The notes below the pieces were generated by a model that was given only the letters and a program-made list of their open reading frames with translations, was not told the origin of the DNA and made no database searches. The position numbers were made by a program, and so were the translations under genes. From Bacteroidia bacterium (GTDB lineage Bacteria; Bacteroidota; Bacteroidia; M30B66), in assembly GCA_965279035.1 (NCBI GenBank), contig OZ257142.1, forward strand, positions 2,208,001-2,272,000: a stretch of 64,000 bases of DNA. Direction: 5' to 3'. This document shows positions 60,871-64,000 of this stretch, piece after piece (the first letter of the stretch is position 1; each line of letters opens with the position of its first letter).

Positions 60871-62028
60871 TTAGCCTTTTGATTCTTCAGCAAGAACCAT
60901 TTCGGCTACTTCTTTTCCGATTAATGAGCCAATGGCTACACCCATTCCACCCATTCGTACTGCACAAAAAACTCCTTTTCTTATTTTTTGAATGATGGGT
61001 AATCGGGTTTCTCCTAAGCCCAATGTTCCAGCCCATCGTTGATCAACTACAAATTCATTTTCAGGTAAAATGACTTCACTCAAGTAACGATCGAGTTGCG
61101 ATTGAATGAGCTCAGTAGTTTCATGAGAATAGGTCGTTTCACCAGCAAAATCGCTGTTTCTTCCACCGCCAAACAAGACTCTATTTCCAACATTTCTGAA
61201 ATAATAGTAGCCTTCTTCCATGTGAAAACAGCCCTTAATTTTCAAATTTTCAATTGGTTGAGTAATCAAAACCTGAGCTCTTCCCGGTTTTACATCGAGC
61301 TCTGGAAGTAATTGTTTAGCAAATCCATTCGTGCAGACTACTAAATGTTTGCAGGATAGTTTTCCCAATTGATCCGTCATGATCTCAACTCCTGCTGATG
61401 ATTCATCGATGGAAAGAACATTGATTCCATTCAGAATATGAGTTCCTTGGTTCTGCACTTTCAATAATAGTGCATCCATCATACTTCCGGTATCAATTTG
61501 TCCTTCTGCTTTATTTAGAATTAAGTGTTGAACTCCTTTAAAACCAAATTCGGCAATACGCTCATCGGCTTTTACAAAAACTTCATCGATTCCAATGCTA
61601 TTTTTTAATAGGCTATTAACGCGATGAAGTATCTGAATACTTCGTTGATATAGTTCTTCTTGCTTTTTGGTGAATACTTCGAAGCTTCCAAATTCTTCGT
61701 ATTTCAACTGCACATCTCCTAAAGTAGATCGCAAAAGTTGAAGTCCATTCCACCGCATTTTAATCAATGAAATCACTTCTTCTTCTTGAAGAATCTCTAA
61801 ATCAGCAGCGATTTCACTTAAACTTCCGAAACACGAAAATCCGGCATTTTTAGTACTAGCTCCACTGGGTAAAATACCTCGTTCGAGGATAAGAATTTTA
61901 AGTGCAGGATTCAGTTTTTTTAGATTATAGGCGGCACTTAATCCCACAATTCCAGAACCTATGATGATGAGATCATTACTTAACCATGTTTGTTTTTCCC
62001 AAAAACTGGTCAACGAAGAATGTATCAT
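60871..62028 (-). CDS. FAD-dependent oxidoreductase (DAO family)
   Basis: 'IIIGSGIVGLSAA', 'GASTKNAGF', 'GGMGVAIG'. Confidence 0.9.
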   Translation of the reverse strand: MIHSSLTSFWEKQTWLSNDLIIIGSGIVGLSAAYNLKKLNPALKILILERGILPSGASTKNAGFSCFGSLSEIAADLEILQEEEVISLIKMRWNGLQLLRSTLGDVQLKYEEFGSFEVFTKKQEELYQRSIQILHRVNSLLKNSIGIDEVFVKADERIAEFGFKGVQHLILNKAEGQIDTGSMMDALLLKVQNQGTHILNGINVLSIDESSAGVEIMTDQLGKLSCKHLVVCTNGFAKQLLPELDVKPGRAQVLITQPIENLKIKGCFHMEEGYYYFRNVGNRVLFGGGRNSDFAGETTYSHETTELIQSQLDRYLSEVILPENEFVVDQRWAGTLGLGETRLPIIQKIRKGVFCAVRMGGMGVAIGSLIGKEVAEMVLAEESKG

Positions 62029-62055
62029 ACACAGGATTTTATTTCAAATAAAAGC

Positions 62056-62083
62056 AAAAAAAATCCCGCCGAAGCAGGATTTT
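62056..62083 (-). terminator. Probable intrinsic terminator after 62101-62670
   Basis: AAAATCC.GC/GC.GGATTTT hairpin with an A-run on the plus strand. Confidence 0.6.
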
Positions 62084-62100
62084 AAATCGCAAAAAAAATA

Positions 62101-62670
62101 TTAACGACGAACTCGTTGTTTAGCCAATCGTTGGTTTGATGTAGTGAAATAATGAAACAAACCAAAGAAAAGGAAAGAATAAAAAAGATTGCCTAAAAGG
62201 TTGTACCCAAAAAATGGAATTCCTAATTCGTAAGTAGCTAACAAACCAGCTCCTGTTTTTGGAAGTGTATTGATCATCCAATCTCCAAAATTCGAAATGA
62301 CAAAAAACACAATAGCACTTAATAATGAAGCACCGGCAAGGTTTCCCCAACTTTGACGATTTCGCATCCCAAAGCCAATGAATGTCATGAGGATAAAACT
62401 CAAGTATATTAATGCAGTGGAAGGGGAAGTGAAAAATTCTCCTAGACTAATCCATCGGTAATTGATGAATGTAATGGTCAAAATATCACTTATAAATAGT
62501 GCTATCAACGGAATGATAAATCCCATCAAGCGATTGCTAATAAGCGCTCCACCCATTAAGGCAATGGCAGCCATGGGAGTGAAATTCGGCCAGTGTGGAA
62601 TTAATCGAAATACTGCCGCTACTGCTATAGCAGAAAGGACAATGATCAGTTTGGGTTGAAGTATTTTCAT
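62101..62670 (-). CDS. DUF6580-type putative membrane transporter (S-component-like)
   Basis: 'RLIPHWPNFTPMAAIAL', 'FFVISNFGDW', 'GIPFF'; multiple TM helices; TACATTTG -7 element at 62695-62702. Confidence 0.78.
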   Translation of the reverse strand: MKILQPKLIIVLSAIAVAAVFRLIPHWPNFTPMAAIALMGGALISNRLMGFIIPLIALFISDILTITFINYRWISLGEFFTSPSTALIYLSFILMTFIGFGMRNRQSWGNLAGASLLSAIVFFVISNFGDWMINTLPKTGAGLLATYELGIPFFGYNLLGNLFYSFLFFGLFHYFTTSNQRLAKQRVRR

Positions 62671-62734
62671 AGGTTTTCTTCACACAATTGGCTGCAAATG
62701 TAACACGGATTTTGTAAATTTTGTTTAATCAACA

Positions 62735-63637
62735 TTAATGAACGTCTTTATTCGATTTCACCGGACTTAAAGTATATCCGTTTTTTCTTAGTAAAGCAAT
62801 AATACCATCGTCTCCAGCAAGATGTAAAGCACCAACGGCAATGAAACAGGATTTATTATTTACTGCTTCTTCAATGCGTGGAATCCATTTCTCATTCCGG
62901 TCTTTCAACAGCAAATCCGACTCAATATCACTGTAACCAGACGATTGCATAAGCGAATCTAAACAGTTTAAATCTTGTGCTTTGTAACAAGCATTCATTC
63001 GATCACTTTCTTGCTCATTGTTTTTGAGTTCATCTTTTCGTAAATACTCCATCAGCATTACAACTTGCTGATTTACAGGTGTACTGTTAAACAATAAATC
63101 TGCTTGGTCTTTCATTGTTTCAAGAGATAGCACATCTTTTTTGTTTTTACGTGCTTCTTGTTGTACATATACATCCATCGGAACTCCTTTGTAATCAGTC
63201 ACCATCGAGGTTTTTTGCATTTCGCTTGAAGCAAATAGTAAGAAGATTCCAATAGGTTTCATCTTCATAAATAAGGTCATCGGCATCCCTAATTTCTCCA
63301 ACATGAATTTGCTTAAGGAATCCATTTGTTGGGGATTTAAATAATCTTCCAATGAACCTTCTGTTAACAACATATAAGGCATCATTTCGGCTGCAATAGC
63401 AGGAGTTACCTCCAATTCACCCATCACCGAATTAGTTTTTTTGAGTGCTTTTTGGCAGCCAGCTATTGAATTCAAAAATTCATCATTCACTAAATGATAG
63501 GTCCCTAAAATATAGGATGGTTTTGTAATCGATTTCCCACTGATCTTCCACAAGAGTGCATTTTCGGCTTTTTGGCCATAAACAAATCCACTACTTAATA
63601 AGAGAATTATTGTTAGTCGTGTGCAGAAGCTCAACAT
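62735..63637 (-). CDS. TraB/GumN family protein
   Basis: 'LLWKISG...SYILGTYH', 'LETMKDQ', 'RNEKW', 'FIAVGALHL.G..G'; probable start 63637. Confidence 0.9.
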   Translation of the reverse strand: MLSFCTRLTIILLLSSGFVYGQKAENALLWKISGKSITKPSYILGTYHLVNDEFLNSIAGCQKALKKTNSVMGELEVTPAIAAEMMPYMLLTEGSLEDYLNPQQMDSLSKFMLEKLGMPMTLFMKMKPIGIFLLFASSEMQKTSMVTDYKGVPMDVYVQQEARKNKKDVLSLETMKDQADLLFNSTPVNQQVVMLMEYLRKDELKNNEQESDRMNACYKAQDLNCLDSLMQSSGYSDIESDLLLKDRNEKWIPRIEEAVNNKSCFIAVGALHLAGDDGIIALLRKNGYTLSPVKSNKDVH

Positions 63638-63687
63638 CGTTTTAGAGATTTGCACAAACATACGGCAATCGCTTGCTTTTGGATTGG

Positions 63688-64000
63688 ATGAAAGATTCAA
63701 TACGCACCATTTTCTTAAAATTAAGTTCGTTTTTTAAACGGAGAAGGAATCGTATTGGATTTTACTTATTTCTTCTACTTACTTGGTTTGCTTGCTGCTT
63801 GCCCGATCCGCTATTTGAAGAACCTTTTTCAACTGTAATAACAAGTGCTGATGGACAATTACTTGGAGCTCGAATTGCTTCTGATGGACAGTGGCGATTT
63901 CCCGGAAATGATACAGTGCCTGAAAAATTTGAAGCCTGCTTGCTCACTTTTGAGGATCGTCATTTTTATCATCATCCCGGAGTAAATCCAGTTTCGATAA
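63688..64000 (+). CDS. pbpC: Penicillin-binding protein 1C, N-terminal part (3'-truncated; not in ORF track)
   Basis: Manual translation MKDSIRT...LPDPLF...STVI...GQLLGARIASDGQWRFP...FEDRHFYHHPGVNPVS; open to the window end. Confidence 0.88.
   Translation, partial: MKDSIRTIFLKLSSFFKRRRNRIGFYLFLLLTWFACCLPDPLFEEPFSTVITSADGQLLGARIASDGQWRFPGNDTVPEKFEACLLTFEDRHFYHHPGVNPVSI

Noticed and set aside
62671-62734. Possible vitamin riboswitch ahead of the S-component-like gene
   Set aside because: The gap is only 64 bp, contains a -7 element, and shows no aptamer motifs.
2194-63947. Numerous 60-120 aa antisense or alternate-frame ORFs nested in long genes
   Set aside because: Shadows of well-supported genes with no motifs of their own; 63762-63947 is antisense to pbpC.
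1-64000. rRNA, tRNA, CRISPR arrays, integrases, transposases, prophage genes
   Set aside because: None recognisable by eye; tRNAscan-SE, cmscan and a CRISPR finder would be needed to exclude them formally.

Overview
AT-rich Bacteroidota-type chromosomal window (TAnnTTTG promoters, nine T9SS-tagged proteins, PorP/SprF, TonB-dependent receptors). 1-13.9 kb: a co-oriented surface-protein locus (TonB receptor, Fib_succ_major lipoprotein, beta-helix protein, three T9SS cargo proteins, PorP) whose members share an unnamed ~250-aa domain and carry cohesin-like and dockerin-like modules. This suggests a modular, possibly self-assembling surface complex and is the best candidate for an undescribed system. 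14-35 kb: accessory region with two M43 protease paralogs carrying different T9SS signal types, an unannotated TonB-C-like pseudogene, arr, orphan SMI1/KNR4 and DUF4240 genes, a three-repeat secreted protein and degenerate ~120-bp repeats. 35-64 kb: an RsmH-family gene outside the dcw cluster, a Cys-rich metal-handling cluster, then mostly housekeeping genes (clpB, GH97, rsmG, ECF sigma, tgt, LptF/G, TamL-like, pyrD, partial pbpC). Two copies of a ~400-bp non-coding element with terminal inverted repeats and a structured GC-rich core (28766-29174, 49761-50152) look like a MITE; one copy carries a nested REP-like hairpin. No rRNA, tRNA, CRISPR array, integrase or transposase was seen. All calls are by eye from motifs; no database searches were run.
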